Part shown: piece by piece, positions 39,801-52,929 of the stretch
How positions within the stretch are numbered: the stretch's first letter is position 1
Layout: each line of letters begins with the position of its first letter
Assembly (NCBI GenBank): GCA_951406725.2
Contig: OX597827.1
Span: 10,912,001-10,976,000, forward strand
Source: Octopus vulgaris
Lineage: Eukaryota
Direction of reading: 5' to 3'
DNA length: 64,000 bases
Position numbers and translations under genes: made by a program
Notes under the pieces: model-generated
Told to the model about the DNA's origin: nothing
What the model saw: the letters and a program-made list of their open reading frames with translations, nothing else
Databases searched by the model: none

Positions 39801-40190
39801 AAATATTTATATATTATAAAATATGCTATAATATATATTGTATATATATTTTATAACAATATATGTTATATAATATGTGTGTCTGTGTGTCTTTCTTTCT
39901 GTTTGTCATCATTACTGCTTGATGACTGGTGGTAGTTTGTTTTCCATCCCTATAACTTAAGTAGTTAAACAAATGAAACCAATTAAATAAGTTATTAAAC
40001 AAGTCCCTTAATGCCTCGGGAGTCGTTGGGGCACTGCAGCCATGCAGCCTATCTAGGGTATATTTGCTTGACGAAAACACTTGTAGATGGTGCCTCAGCA
40101 TGGCTTTAGTCCAATGACTGACTACCAAAGGTAAAAAATAATATAAGCAAAAACAAAGCAAAATAATAAGAATTTAAAAAATGCTCTTAC

Positions 40191-40287
40191 CTGTAATGCT
40201 TTTTCATACTATGTAACTGAAGTGTTAAGTTGTAGGTGTCTTAAGTTGCTAGCAGACAACATGGAGCTATGGAAAACTATCGTTGTT
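40191..40287 (-). other. Candidate spliced non-coding/UTR exon (97 nt)
   Basis: Acceptor TCTTTCTTTTTTCATTTACAG| and donor CAG|GTAAGA on the minus strand; stops in all three frames. Confidence 0.5.
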
Positions 40288-40514
40288 CTGTAAATGAAAA
40301 AAGAAAGATAAGCATTATATTTAGCAAAGTACTTGTAATTACATAATCGAACGTACAATATCTTTTCACATACATGTATAAATTTGGAGTGATTGGGTTT
40401 TACGTATCTATCAGTCTGTCTATCTATCTGTCTATCTGTCTATCTATCTATCTATCTATCTATCTGTCTATCTATCTATCTATCTATCTAACTATATATA
40501 TATATATATATATA

Positions 40515-40920
40515 TACTCTTTACTCTCTTTTACTTGTTTCAGTCATTTAACTGCGGCCATGCTGGAGCAGCGCCTTTAGTCGAGCAAATCGACCCTGGG
40601 ACTTATTCTTTGTAAGCCCAGTACTTATTCTATCGGTCTCTTTTGCTGAACCGCTAAGTGACGGGGACGTAAACACACCAGCATCGGTCGTCAAGCAATG
40701 CTAGGGGGACAAACACACACACACACAAACACACACACATACACACATATACATATATACGACAGGCTTCTTTCAGTTTCCATCTACCAAATCTACTCAC
40801 AAGGCATTGGTCGGCCCGGCGCTATAGCAGAAGACACTTGCCCCCAAGATGCCACGCAGTGGGACTGAACCCGGAACCATGTGGTTGTTTAGCAAGCTAC
40901 TTACCACACAGCCACTCCTG
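40515..40920 (-). mobile_element. SINE family B
   Basis: Full-length copy. Confidence 0.92.
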
Positions 40921-40981
40921 TCCCTATATATATATATACACACACGTGGTGGTGTTTTTTTTTTTATATATATATATATAT

Positions 40982-41046
<65 letters not shown>

Positions 41047-41064
41047 CATATATATATGTATATA

Positions 41065-41117
<53 letters not shown>

Positions 41118-41169
41118 GTATATATATGTATATATATATATTATATATATATATATATATATATTTTTA

Positions 41170-42330
41170 TAGATCTTGCCACCCTTCTCATACAGAAAGA
41201 AATATACTATTCAACATGACAAGATCGATATGCTCAATAGTTACAGACACCAACAGCTGAAGACAACCAACGAATCTCAAGAGACTCCTAATAGAAGCAA
41301 GGTTCACATCAGGGAAAGAAATAAAACGGGTAACAAACTGTGAAGACCCTTGTTGTGGGGACATGTGGAATAATTGAACAAGGAACAACCAAATGGTTCG
41401 AGAATGGGAAAGATTTGAAAGTGAATATAAACATGAATTTCAAAGCAAAGTCTTGTCTACTGTATCATGTCCACTGTGCAATGAGAATTACATTGGAGAA
41501 ACAGGAACTAAACTACAGGTTATACAGGTTACAAACTATGGAGACCCTTGCTGTTGAATATGCGATACTATTGAACGTGGAGGCGCAATGGCTCAGTGGT
41601 TAGGGCAGCGGACTCGCGGTCGTAGGATCGCGGTTTCGATTCCCAGACCGGGCGTTGTGAGTGTTTATTGAGCGAAAACACCTAATGCTCCACGAGGCTC
41701 CGGCAGGGGATGGTGGTGATCCCTGCTGTACTCTTTCACCACAACTTTCTCTCACTCTTACTTCCTGTTTCTGTTGTACCTGTATTTCAAAGGGCCGGCC
41801 TTGTCACTCTCTGTGTCACGCTGAATATCCCCGAGAACTACGTTAAGGGTACACGTGTCTGTGGAGTGCTCAGCCACTTACACGTTAATTTCACGAGCAG
41901 GCTGTTCCGTTGATTCGGATCAACCGGAACCCTCATCGTCGTAACCAACGGAGTGCTTCTTCTTCACTATTGAACAAAGTACAACCAAAAGATTCAACAA
42001 TGTGAAAGAATTGAAAGTAAACGTACACATAAATTATGAAGTAAAATATCTTGTCTTCTACATCATATGCCCACAATGCAATGAGAATTACATTGGAGAA
42101 ACACGGACAAAGCTAACCAATCTTGTAAACATGGATAAACAGAAAATTAAAGATTCCTCTCTTAGGAATATGTTCCATGTGGTAATTCCATGTGGTAAAC
42201 ATCTAGATGTTTGTGTAAGTGGAAAATTTAAAATATACCCCTTTAACAAAATAAATTATGAAAATGATCAACTATAAAAAAGGTAAAAGAATACTGTATA
42301 CGAATTCTAAATCCAAAACGAAACTGTTAA
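41170..42330 (+). pseudogene. Penelope-like element remnant (RT thumb, Cys linker, GIY-YIG endonuclease)
   Basis: [62 protein letters not shown]; frameshifted, with (TA)n on both sides. Confidence 0.85.
41577..41965 (+). mobile_element. SINE family A (tail type 2) inserted in the Penelope remnant
   Basis: 10-bp TSD ACTATTGAAC at 41567-41576 and 41966-41975. Confidence 0.93.
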
Positions 42331-42625
42331 ATAGTCGACACCATTAATAAAAACAACAATTTCTATATTATGCATTAGCCCAGAACACATGTGTTTGAAA
42401 AGTTGAATAACAAAAGCACTTGCACGCAAAATACACACTAGACACAAAATATATGCTATGTGCAGACTTCTTCCACAAATGTTAGTGACATTCTGTTAAA
42501 CAAAAAATTGTTCTAAATAGTTGCTAACTTTTTGAAAAGTCTTTTTAATATCATATATATACATATATATACACACACATACATGCTCACATATATAGAT
42601 AGATAGATATAAATATTTATATACA

Positions 42626-42733
<108 letters not shown>

Positions 42734-42776
42734 CATACATAAATGTAAATATATATATGTATATACATACATATAA

Positions 42777-42818
<42 letters not shown>

Positions 42819-44257
42819 GTTTACACTTATGTTACTTTTGTGTGGAATTTCGTTTCCTCTCAGACATACCTTCTTTTTAACTGGCAGATTTTTTTTTGAA
42901 TTTTACACTTATAAGGTGACACTCCATAATAACATTTAATTGAACATTCCAGAAGGAATTGTAATTCATATTATATAAGAAGTGAACAATTCGTTTTTAT
43001 GTCGGTTTCATAAATAAAATTCACAAGACTCAGAACCCTTGAGTCATTTGGTATCTTTCTGCTAATATGTATGCACACGCACGCACATACACACAGACAC
43101 ATAGATACACACACACACTCACACGTGTGTGAATGTGTGTGTGTGAGTTTATTCCTCCTTTTCTCTCTATGTACAAAGCAGAAAAACATATAAATGATAA
43201 CAAGTATAATAAATATATTTACATGTAAATTTGCATACACAATTTACATAATGTTGTGAAGTCCTCTCTTTACAGCTGTTTCGAATGATCAACAGATTTT
43301 TGCCAATTGATCTACATCTGCTCTGGACTGTCTTACCCTGATGAAGAGGCTGGAGTATTGAACTCTGATCTTTCTGAGAATTTCGTGACTATTTATATAA
43401 GCATCTTATCTCCCATTAGTTTTATATATACATAGTGTATAGCAGAGCATTAATATTAATAAGGATTAGTGTAACTGTAAGAGCAAATGATGTCTGTTTG
43501 CAAATCAATGCCTCAGAAAAAACTCAGGTTAGTGATGTATAGTAATAGCTGATGGTATTTTTAGTTATTACTTAGGATGATATTCTATTGACTTTGAGAA
43601 AAAAATTATGTAACCACCTTTCTTCATTCCAAAATAAGGAAAAAATGAATTGTACAACTCTGAGTGGGTTCATCTGGACTTTTAATGATAATGCCACTAG
43701 TTATGATAATAAATGAGCATTTAATGATATTAGTAGGGCTTCACCATATACAATTGGAAACTCTAAGTGTAATCTATGCTGGGAAGAAATATTTCACATC
43801 TTTACCTCTAATTACAGGTTATTAATTCACAGAAATGAATTAGCTCTAAAATGGGCACATTCATTTAGAAAAGTATTAAAATACTTATCAAATTTTTAAT
43901 TGGATATCATGCAGGTAGAAGTGCATAGTCAAATAATCATAAATCTACTCTCTTTAGATGTTAACAATCTCACAATAAACATCTAAATTATAGGGTTTTT
44001 TTGTGGATTGAGACTAAATAGGATTAGAATTTCAACATATTTTACTCATCCTAACCAATATTACACTTCTTATTTTCAAAAAAAGTATAAAACTTTATTT
44101 CTATGGACTAATTTTAATATCTTTTAAATTTTTCTATCTAGCTTATATGATATCATTTTATCCACATTTTGAGAGGCCAGTAATATGAATGCATTCTGAC
44201 CTAATTTAGGCTTCTTTCTACTATTTAGTATATATTATACTCTATTTATTCCCTTAA

Positions 44258-44476
44258 CCCTTTAGTGTTCAGATTATTCTATCAAACATAATGCTTATTG
44301 ATTCCCATTGATTTGAATTAATCATGCATTATCTCATATCTTCAAGATCTTGATGGCGTAATTACTTAATGTAGAATAACATTGTAGGGTAGGTGTGAGT
44401 GCCTGGATCTGGTCAGTTTGAACATAAAACAGATTAGCTATTTTGGCCAGATATGACCGGTTTAAATACTAAAGGG
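44258..44476. mobile_element. piggyBac-type MITE
   Basis: TTAA on both sides; TIRs CCCTTTAGT / ACTAAAGGG. Confidence 0.85.
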
Positions 44477-45059
44477 TTAAATTCAAAAAAGGTCATTTTA
44501 AATTTAAATGATACCAGAACTATAGTCCTATCACATTTCCAAGCACTCTCTACTGATATGTACCCTAACGTTTTATGATGCATCTGCTAGATTATCCCTT
44601 AAAGACTATCAAACACTTGAACCCTCAGTTCACTTCACCTAACCATGTAGGTAAATCCTTGAACAAAGCTGCATAGAAATTTCTACCTTGGATGAAAATG
44701 TACTGTAACTGGATTAACTAAATGCATATAAATGCTATATCAAAAGACATTGGGACACTTATCCAGCAGAAATACTTGTTGGATTGGAATTTAATGAGTA
44801 CAATAGTGTAATAAACAAGATGTATAATTCTCCCCTCTTCTTTATGATATCTTGACTTTGAAATTATATTTCCGATCACATATACTACCACAAATATTAT
44901 TTTAGCAAGTTAAGTTTAAAGTGATTTCTTTTGTGCTGTAGACCATTTACCATTTCTGTGATGCCCCTCCCCCCCACTTCCTTCAATGCCCTAAGCAGAT
45001 GCTTATTTTGAGCAACGGTTAATCCAATGCCGGCTCTCTCTTTGCATGCAACAATGTGA

Positions 45060-45072
45060 CGCCATCTGTTGG
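45060..45072 (-). promoter_or_regulatory. CTCF-like motif in repeat-free sequence
   Basis: CCAACAGATGGCG resembles the CTCF core CCASYAGRKGGCR; motif match only. Confidence 0.3.
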
Positions 45073-45679
45073 TGCACTACAGAACAAGCCTGCCAACATT
45101 TTGATACCTCCCTCATAAATTATACAAAATGCTTTTATTCCCTCGTGGGTTTTAGTATTTGGACTATAATCATACCAAGCTACCATTTCCAGATGTTTTA
45201 ATTTTAATGACCAAATGACAACGGTTTTAGACTTAAAGACAGAACTGCACTGCCCTTGTTTTTTGAAATCATGAAATAACAATAGTAACAACAACAAAAA
45301 TATAAATCTGTGCATTTGAATCGGTGCTGGATTGAGTGCAGCTCCTTAGAGAGAGCAGATATTGCATATCAACTAAATACATTGAAATGATAGGCAAAAA
45401 TGTATATATTTTTTTAAAAATCAAAGCAGGTAATTCTTTGTTCTATGGATTATTAATTAATTATTAATGTAGCTATTCTGTGTAACAACCGTTATTATTG
45501 TTCAGAACACAGAAAAGAGTGGTTAAGTAGACACACACACATACACACGCGCGCACACACATGCAAATGTATATATTTTATATGCATATATACAGAGACA
45601 GAGAGGAGAGAAGAAATAGCATGAGGAAAAAAGACTATGCTCTCTTTCTGTCTCCCCTTCTCTCCTTATCTTTCTCATC

Positions 45680-45720
45680 CACTCACTCACTCACTCACTC
45701 ACTCACTTACTTACTCTCTG

Positions 45721-45774
<54 letters not shown>

Positions 45775-45844
45775 GACGCACAGACACATTGAGAGAGAGA
45801 GAGAGAAGGAGAGCTTTCTGTCTTTCTTCCTTTCTATCTTTCTT

Positions 45845-45910
<66 letters not shown>

Positions 45911-45994
45911 GATGCACAGACACATTGAGAGAGAGAGAGAGAAGGAGAGCTTTCTGTCTTTCTTCCTTTCTATCTTTCTTTCTCTCTCTCTCTC

Positions 45995-46026
<32 letters not shown>

Positions 46027-46043
46027 CACACACATAGACGCAC

Positions 46044-46082
<39 letters not shown>

Positions 46083-46225
46083 TAGAAAGGAAGAAAGACA
46101 GAAAGAAAGAGCATGATTAATAATGGAAAGTAAAGAGAGAAGTTAGTCATCACCAGATTAGCAGATAGTCCAAATTTTAGTCAATGGAAACATAGAGTAA
46201 AAGGCAGAGAGAGAGAGAGAGAGAG
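45680..46225. repeat. CT/TA/CA/AG compound microsatellite arranged as an ~130-bp higher-order unit repeated about 3 times
   Basis: ...CACATTGAGAGAG...AAGGAGAGCTTTCTGTCTTTCTTCCTTTCTATC recurs at about 45785 and 45921, partially at 46041. Confidence 0.85.
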
Positions 46226-46737
46226 GAGTGGGGGTGGGGGAAAGCTTACTTACTCCAGATTAAACATAATAGATGGTGGAAAACAGGAAACAAGATGGCT
46301 GATGTAAGCGCTGCAAACAAACTCTTTTCTTTCAGAAATGTATGTTTTTTTCAACTAGATATACCACAGTTGAGTTATGGCAACTCTTTTATAGTACCTT
46401 CTATCTAAATATCACACGGAATATTTCTCCTAAACTTTAGAAATTTCAAATTGTATATATTCTACCTGTATTTCTCTGAAGCTTATATACAAAGTAAAAC
46501 AGCTAAAACACTTGTTTACCTTTGCTTGATTTCTCTCTATTCCACGTTTTATATAATCATTGTCATCACCATCGCCGTCCTCATCATCATCGTCATCATC
46601 ATCACCAATACCGCTACCACCTTCCTCATCTTACATTCATTAACACACATGCACATACAAATGCATACAGGACAACTAGCCAGGTATATTAAAGTTCAAT
46701 ATAGTACATCATGTTAAACTCTGAAAATTCACATATA

Positions 46738-47140
46738 GGCGCAGGAGTGGCCATGTGGTAAGTAGCTTGCTTGCCAACCACATGGTTCCGGGTTCAGTCC
46801 CACTGCGTAACATCTTGGGCAAGTGTCTTCTGCTATAGCCCCGGGCCAACCAATGCCTTGTGAGTGGATTTGGAAGACGGAAACTGAAAGAAGCCTGTCG
46901 TATATATGTATATATATATATGTGTGTATGTGTATATGTTTGTGTGTCTGTGTTTGTCCCCCTAGCATTGCTTGACAACCGATGCTGGTGTGTTTATGTC
47001 CCCGTCACCTAGCGGTTCAGCAAAAAGAGACCGATAGAATAAGTACTGGGTTTACAAAAGAATAAGTCCCGGGGTCGAGTTACTCGACTAAAGGCGGTGC
47101 TCCAGCATGGCCGCAGTCAAATGACTGAAACAAGTAAAAA
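46738..47140 (+). mobile_element. SINE family B
   Basis: Full-length copy. Confidence 0.92.
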
Positions 47141-47503
47141 AAAAATATATATATAAAATGATTACCCATAAACACAGTTGAATATACTTTGGAAAAGGCT
47201 ATAATGGTTGAATTGAGCAAAACACTAAAGTTCTTAGTGATGTGTTTCCTGCATGTCATATGATTATAACTATATAGTTATAATTGTTTCGTTTTGGGAT
47301 TTGGTTTGCAAGATTCTTTATATGAGTTCGTGTGTTGAAGCATATTTTGTTGTGTCTGGGGAGAGCCATTTTCTTTTTGTGCCTTATAATTTAACACACT
47401 CACCGGTAAAATTTACACTTATTTCTTATTTTCATTTTCCTAAAATTTTCGTTGCGTCTTGCAACCTTTTCAATAGTCTTGTTACTTTATAATAATGTTA
47501 TGT

Positions 47504-47811
47504 GATCACGTGATCACATGACCGACCAGTCCATCAGATGTAGTTACACATCGCTGGTCACAATGCGTTCGCATTGTTTTAGCCTTCGAATGACGCCACC
47601 CTGCTGGCTAAGCGAGCAAGCCAACAGAAGAAAGAGTGGGAGAAAGAGTGGTGAAAGAGTACAGCAGGGATCACCACCCCCTGCCGGAGCATCGTGGAGC
47701 TTTTAGGTGTTTTCGCTCAATAAACACTCACAACGCCCGGTCTGGGAATTGAAACCGCAATCCTACGACCGCGAGTCCGCTGCCCTAACCACTGGGCCAT
47801 TGCGCCTCCAC
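47504..47811 (-). mobile_element. SINE family A (tail type 3)
   Basis: 15-bp TSD ATAATAATGTTATGT at 47489-47503 and 47812-47826. Confidence 0.93.
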
Positions 47812-48349
47812 ATAATAATGTTATGTAAAGCAGCAATTTGGCAGAATTGATAGCATACTGGACAAAAACACTTAGCAGGATCTCTTCTGACTTCATGTTC
47901 TCAATTCAAATGTTGCCAAGATTAACTTTGCCTTTCATTCTTTCGGGGTCAAGAAAACAAGTACTAGTTGAACAGTGGGGTCTATATGATCCTCTTACCT
48001 CCTCTTCTGAAAATGTTGGTCTTATGCCAAAATTTGAAAGAGGTTATAATCTTATGTAACTGTTACTGAAACAGCTGTAGAAACGAAGATTTTGAAGCAT
48101 CGCTGGTTTTGTTTCCTGTTCTTTCAAATATGTCTTTATGTGCACAAATATAGGTGTGGTGTTGAGAAGTCTGCTGCTTAACTATATGGTTTCAACTTCT
48201 GCCCCACAGCATGGCTCCTTAGGCAAGTACTCTTCTACTGTAGCCATGGGCTGGACAATGCATGAAAACATAGGTGTGAAATGAAACAAATGAATACACA
48301 TTCATGTGTGTGTGTGTGTATGTACATATATATATATATATATGTATAC

Positions 48350-48414
<65 letters not shown>

Positions 48415-48415
<1 letters not shown>

Positions 48416-48568
48416 GACGGGTTTCTTTTAGTTTCCATCTACCAAATCCACTCACAAGGCTTTGGTCGGCCTGAGGCTATAATAGAAGACACTTGCCCAA
48501 GGTGCCATGCAGCGGAAATGAACCCAGAACCATGTGGTTGGTACGCAAGCTACTTACCACACAGCCAT
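48415..48568 (-). mobile_element. Family B head/core only
   Basis: Ends in the internal (TA)n. Confidence 0.85.
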
Positions 48569-48936
48569 ATATATATATATATGTGTATATACATATTATT
48601 GGACACACATACACAATGTTTGTGCTTTACCATGTTAACGTGGTGGAGGCAACCCACTCAAATCACTAATTGCTAAAACACCTGAAAATCATAGTCATAG
48701 ATAGGTGAGGCAACTCACCCCAAGTCCCATTCAGGAGTGATGGATATCAATATTTCACCATTTCTGTGGCTTATCAACATCAAATACCTGAACCAAACTG
48801 GAGGTAAATTGAATAGCTTGTCCATGGCTATATGATAAAAGATTGTAAAAACCACCTGCTGGTATGCCTGAAAAATGCATACACAGGAATATATTCAAAT
48901 ACGAATTAGAAGCTTTGTGCCTGTAGCAGAAAGGTT

Positions 48937-49140
48937 TTGAGCTGGCAGAATTGTCAACATGCCAAGGAAAAGGCTTAGCAGTATTTTGTATATCGTTACA
49001 TTCTGAGTTCAAATTCTGCTGAGATCAACTTTGCCTTTCATCCTTTTGGAGTTGTTAAACTAAGTACCAGTTGAGCCCTAAGATTGATGTGACTGACTTA
49101 CCCCTTCCTCGAACGTGCTGGCTTTGTGTCGACATTTGAG
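48937..49140 (+). mobile_element. Older family C-related SINE
   Basis: GAGCTGGCAGAA...TTCTGAGTTCAAATTCTGC...TTTGCCTTTCATCC. Confidence 0.8.
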
Positions 49141-49200
49141 AATGTAATAATTGTTAACATATAACATTATTATTATTACTATTATTATTATTATTATTAT

Positions 49201-49459
49201 TGAGTGAGAGAACAGTTCGTGCCATCAAAGTGACACTGGGGTAAAATATACGAAGCCCATCAATATATACCCATCATGACTACCCGTCTCATAAGAGTAC
49301 ACCAGGCACATGCATCACAACCATATGTGCGTGACATGGTGATCTCATATCAAGATAAACAGCACATGACTTTGCAGGTGGAGCCCAGTTAGAATTTTTC
49401 TTCAGGTTGAGTAGCCCATCCCGCTCAAAAGGTCCCTGAATAAGGGTTGTTTAAGGATA
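49201..49459. mobile_element. Unclassified ~260-bp insertion within (ATT)n
   Basis: Non-repetitive block bounded on both sides by the same (ATT)n tract. Confidence 0.5.
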
Positions 49460-50139
49460 TTATTATTATTATTATTATTATGATTATTATTATTATTATT
49501 AACATATAATATTTTTATTATTAACATATAAATATTATTATTGTTGTTGTCACTGTTGTTATTTATAAATTTAATTTTTTTTAAAGAAAAAAAATGTCCA
49601 ACATATTACACACTTTACAGTGACGGTATGCTCCAGAGGAACAAAAATCTGTGACCCAATTTTGATTACTGGTAATAATCATTTCATTTCTCTTATATAT
49701 GTCATAAATGCCCCTGAGAAAAATATGGATGCCATACAATTTCATTTCCTTGTTCCATAAACCTTGCGATAATTTATTGAATCAATATATTCTTTTGAGG
49801 TATTAATGGCACAATTTATTTCTTATTTTATTTTTCTATCAGTTGCCAATGTGAAGTTATTTCACTGTTTTTCAGTATTTAGCTGTTTAGCTATTCCTTT
49901 GAGCTAGTCAACTTCTGCAAAAAGCACATCAATTTCTTTTGGAACAAGATTACAATAAATAAAGTCCCAATTGATTTGTAAACCACACCAAAGTTATGGT
50001 TAAGAATAACAAAAGTAATCTATACAAACAGCACACAAAAAAAAAAGAATCATATTTTATATTCTTTATTAATCATGCCATATTCTAATTTGCTGTTCTT
50101 GGATGAAGTGTATTAATGTGTTAGCCTCATGTTTTGTTA

Positions 50140-50519
50140 TACTCTTACTCTTTTACTCTTTTACTTGTTTCAGTCATTTGACTGCGGCCATGCTGGAGCA
50201 CCACCTTTTAGTACTTATTCTATCGGTCTCTTTTTGCCGAACCACTAAGTGACGGGGACCTAAACACACCAGCATCGGTTGTCAAGCAATGCTAGGGGGA
50301 CAAACACAGACACACAAACACACACGTACACACATATATATATATATACATATATACGACAGGCTTCTTTCAGTTTCCGTCTACCAAATCCACTCACAAG
50401 GCATTGGTCGGCCCGGGGCTATAGCAGAAGACACTTGCCCAAGATGCCACGCAGTGGGACTGAACCCGGAACCATGTGGCTGGTAAACAAGCTACTTACC
50501 ACACAGCCACTCCTGCGCC
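50140..50519 (-). mobile_element. SINE family B with internal deletion of about 40 bp
   Basis: CACCTTTTAG joins GTACTTATTC directly. Confidence 0.9.
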
Positions 50520-50744
50520 TATGTATATTTATGTATATTTTATTTTATTTTATTTATTTTTAATCAAAATGAAATCCATGTACTGAATATATTCACTGTT
50601 AGCAATATTTGTGATCTCATTGTTTAAATTCTGACAGCATTCAGCACAATGAAATTAGATATAAGGGAATAAAAATTAACACAGTTAACAAGCTGTTGTT
50701 GTGCTTTCATTTGAATAGGTCTGCGTGAATGTTTATTTATCTAT

Positions 50745-50789
<45 letters not shown>

Positions 50790-50852
50790 TATATATATAA
50801 GGACAAAGTTCAGACAGCTAATAAACTCTGCTATTTAAAAAAATTTTTTTTT

Positions 50853-51247
50853 TTACACTTGTTTCAGCCATTTAACTGCGGCCATGCTGGAGCACCGCCT
50901 TTAGTCGAGCAAATCGACCCCGGGACTTATTCTCTGTAAGCCCAGTACTTATTCTATCGGTCTCTTTTTGCCGAACCGCGTAAACACACCAGCATCGGTT
51001 GTCAAGCGATGTTGGGTGGGGGGCCAAACACAGACACGCAAACACATACACAAACACACACAATATATATATATACATATATACGACAGGCTTCTTTCAG
51101 TTTCCGTCTACCAAATCCACTCACAAGGCATTGGTCGGCCCGGGGCTATAGCAGAAGACACTTGCCCAAGATGCCACGCAGTGGGACTGAACCCGGAACC
51201 ATGTGGTTGGTTAGCAAGCTACTTACCACACAGCCACTCCTGCGCCT
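50853..51247 (-). mobile_element. SINE family B
   Basis: Near full-length copy. Confidence 0.9.
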
Positions 51248-51452
51248 ATGCGATCCATTTTAAAAAAGAAGCATCCCATCTTTGAATACATCAGAACTAA
51301 CTCCTTATATGTTACCTGATTATAGAAAGAACGAGTATCATAAAGAATGAAACATGTTATTTATATAATATTCACCTTTCAGGTGATACTTTCTTCTGAC
51401 AAACTCGAAAAATTGCATGCAAAAACATTGTTTTTTTTTTATTGTATACTGT

Positions 51453-51869
51453 TTACTCTTTTACTTGTTTCAGTCATTTGACTGCAGCCATGCTGGAGCA
51501 CAGCCTTTAGTTGAGCAAATCGACCCCAGGACTTATTCTTTGTAAGCTCAGTACTTATTCTATCAGATTCTTTTCCCGAACCGCTAAGTTACGGTGACGT
51601 AAACACACCAACATCGGTTGTCAAGCGATGTTGGGAGGAACAAACACAGACACACACACACACACACATATATATATATTTACATATATATATACACATA
51701 TATATACGATGGGCTTCTTTCAGTTTCCATCTACCAAATCCACTCACAAGTCTTTGGTCAACCCAAGGCTATAGTAGGAGACACTTGCTCAAAGTGCCAT
51801 ACAGTGGGACTGAACCCGGAACCATGTGGTTGGTAAACAAGCTACTTACCACACAGCCACTCCTGCACC
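51453..51869 (-). mobile_element. SINE family B
   Basis: Full-length copy followed by an older degenerate tail at about 51890-52130. Confidence 0.9.
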
Positions 51870-52237
51870 TTCATTATTTTATTTTTATCTTTTACTTCCT
51901 TTATTCATTTGACAGTGGCTATTCTGGAGCGCCACCTTGAATGATTTTAGCCAAACAATTTGACCCCAGTACTTGTGTTTTTTGCAGTTGTTTTCTTTTT
52001 TTTTTTAGGTTTGGCACCTATTGTACCAGTTCCTTTTGCCAAACTACTAAGTTACTGGGACGTAAACAAACTAACACCAGTTATCAAGTATTGGGGGAAG
52101 AGGTTACACGCAGACACAAAGACAGACATGTACAAGCATCATGTACGAGAACCCTACTTTTTTCTGTCGAGGGCTTATATGCCCCAATATCAGACCATTT
52201 TCTTAGTCTTTGCACAGTGACCGCTTATAAGCTTTAA

Positions 52238-52457
52238 CCCTTTCGTTACTGTATTTATTTTGAGATTCTCTGGGTTTCTTTCAATTACGTTAAATATGAC
52301 AATGAATTTAGTAAAATAACTTAGTTATCATTAAGCTAGTGTTAGGAGCATAATTTGTGACTAAGGTTTGGTGGAATATTTTAATTTAGAACTTATGAGA
52401 ACAAGACATTTGTACTCAGAGCCAGAGGCGGTTTCAGCCTGGTTGGTAACGAAAGGG
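52238..52457. mobile_element. piggyBac-type MITE (second family)
   Basis: TIRs CCCTTTCGTTAC / GTAACGAAAGGG; flanks TTAA and TCAA. Confidence 0.85.
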
Positions 52458-52693
52458 TCAAGGTTATAAAATATGATGATGGTTAGAAAAAAGAGTAATT
52501 GATACTGCAATAGAGGTTGATATTGTATTTTGGTTGAGTCAGTCTCTTCCTACCCTGAATTTCAATTGTTGGGGAATAGGATCTTCAAGCAAATTATGAG
52601 TTGAAATTTGCCTGAAAATCCAGTGCACCCACAGGTGAAATTCAGAACAGTAAATGAATGATTCAATCAAGATAAATATATATTTCATATGTT

Positions 52694-52769
<76 letters not shown>

Positions 52770-52929
52770 CACGTGATCATGCGTGTGAACATGTGTGTGC
52801 ATATGAATATATATATATATGTATATGAACACACAGTAAGCTTCCACACAGTTTCCATCAACCAAATTCACTCACAAGATGCCTTATAGAGGGACTGAAC
52901 CTGAAACTGCATGGTTGTAAAAGTAAAGT

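Noticed and set aside
41540-41570. In-frame TGA near the Penelope Cys linker as possible selenocysteine
   Set aside because: It aligns with a Gly codon of the first copy, not Cys, in a frameshifted remnant
41577-41655. tRNA-like sequences at SINE heads (families A, B, C, E)
   Set aside because: They have A/B boxes but no proper cloverleaf acceptor stem, and they continue into SINE bodies with TSDs
45019-45315. 98-aa minus-strand ORF with a hydrophobic start resembling a signal peptide
   Set aside because: The leucine run comes from a (CAA)-like repeat; no recognisable domain or splice context
46254-46310. Possible 57-nt minus-strand exon (TTTGTTTGCAG ... GA|GTAAGT)
   Set aside because: Short pyrimidine tract and no recognisable peptide; such matches are expected by chance
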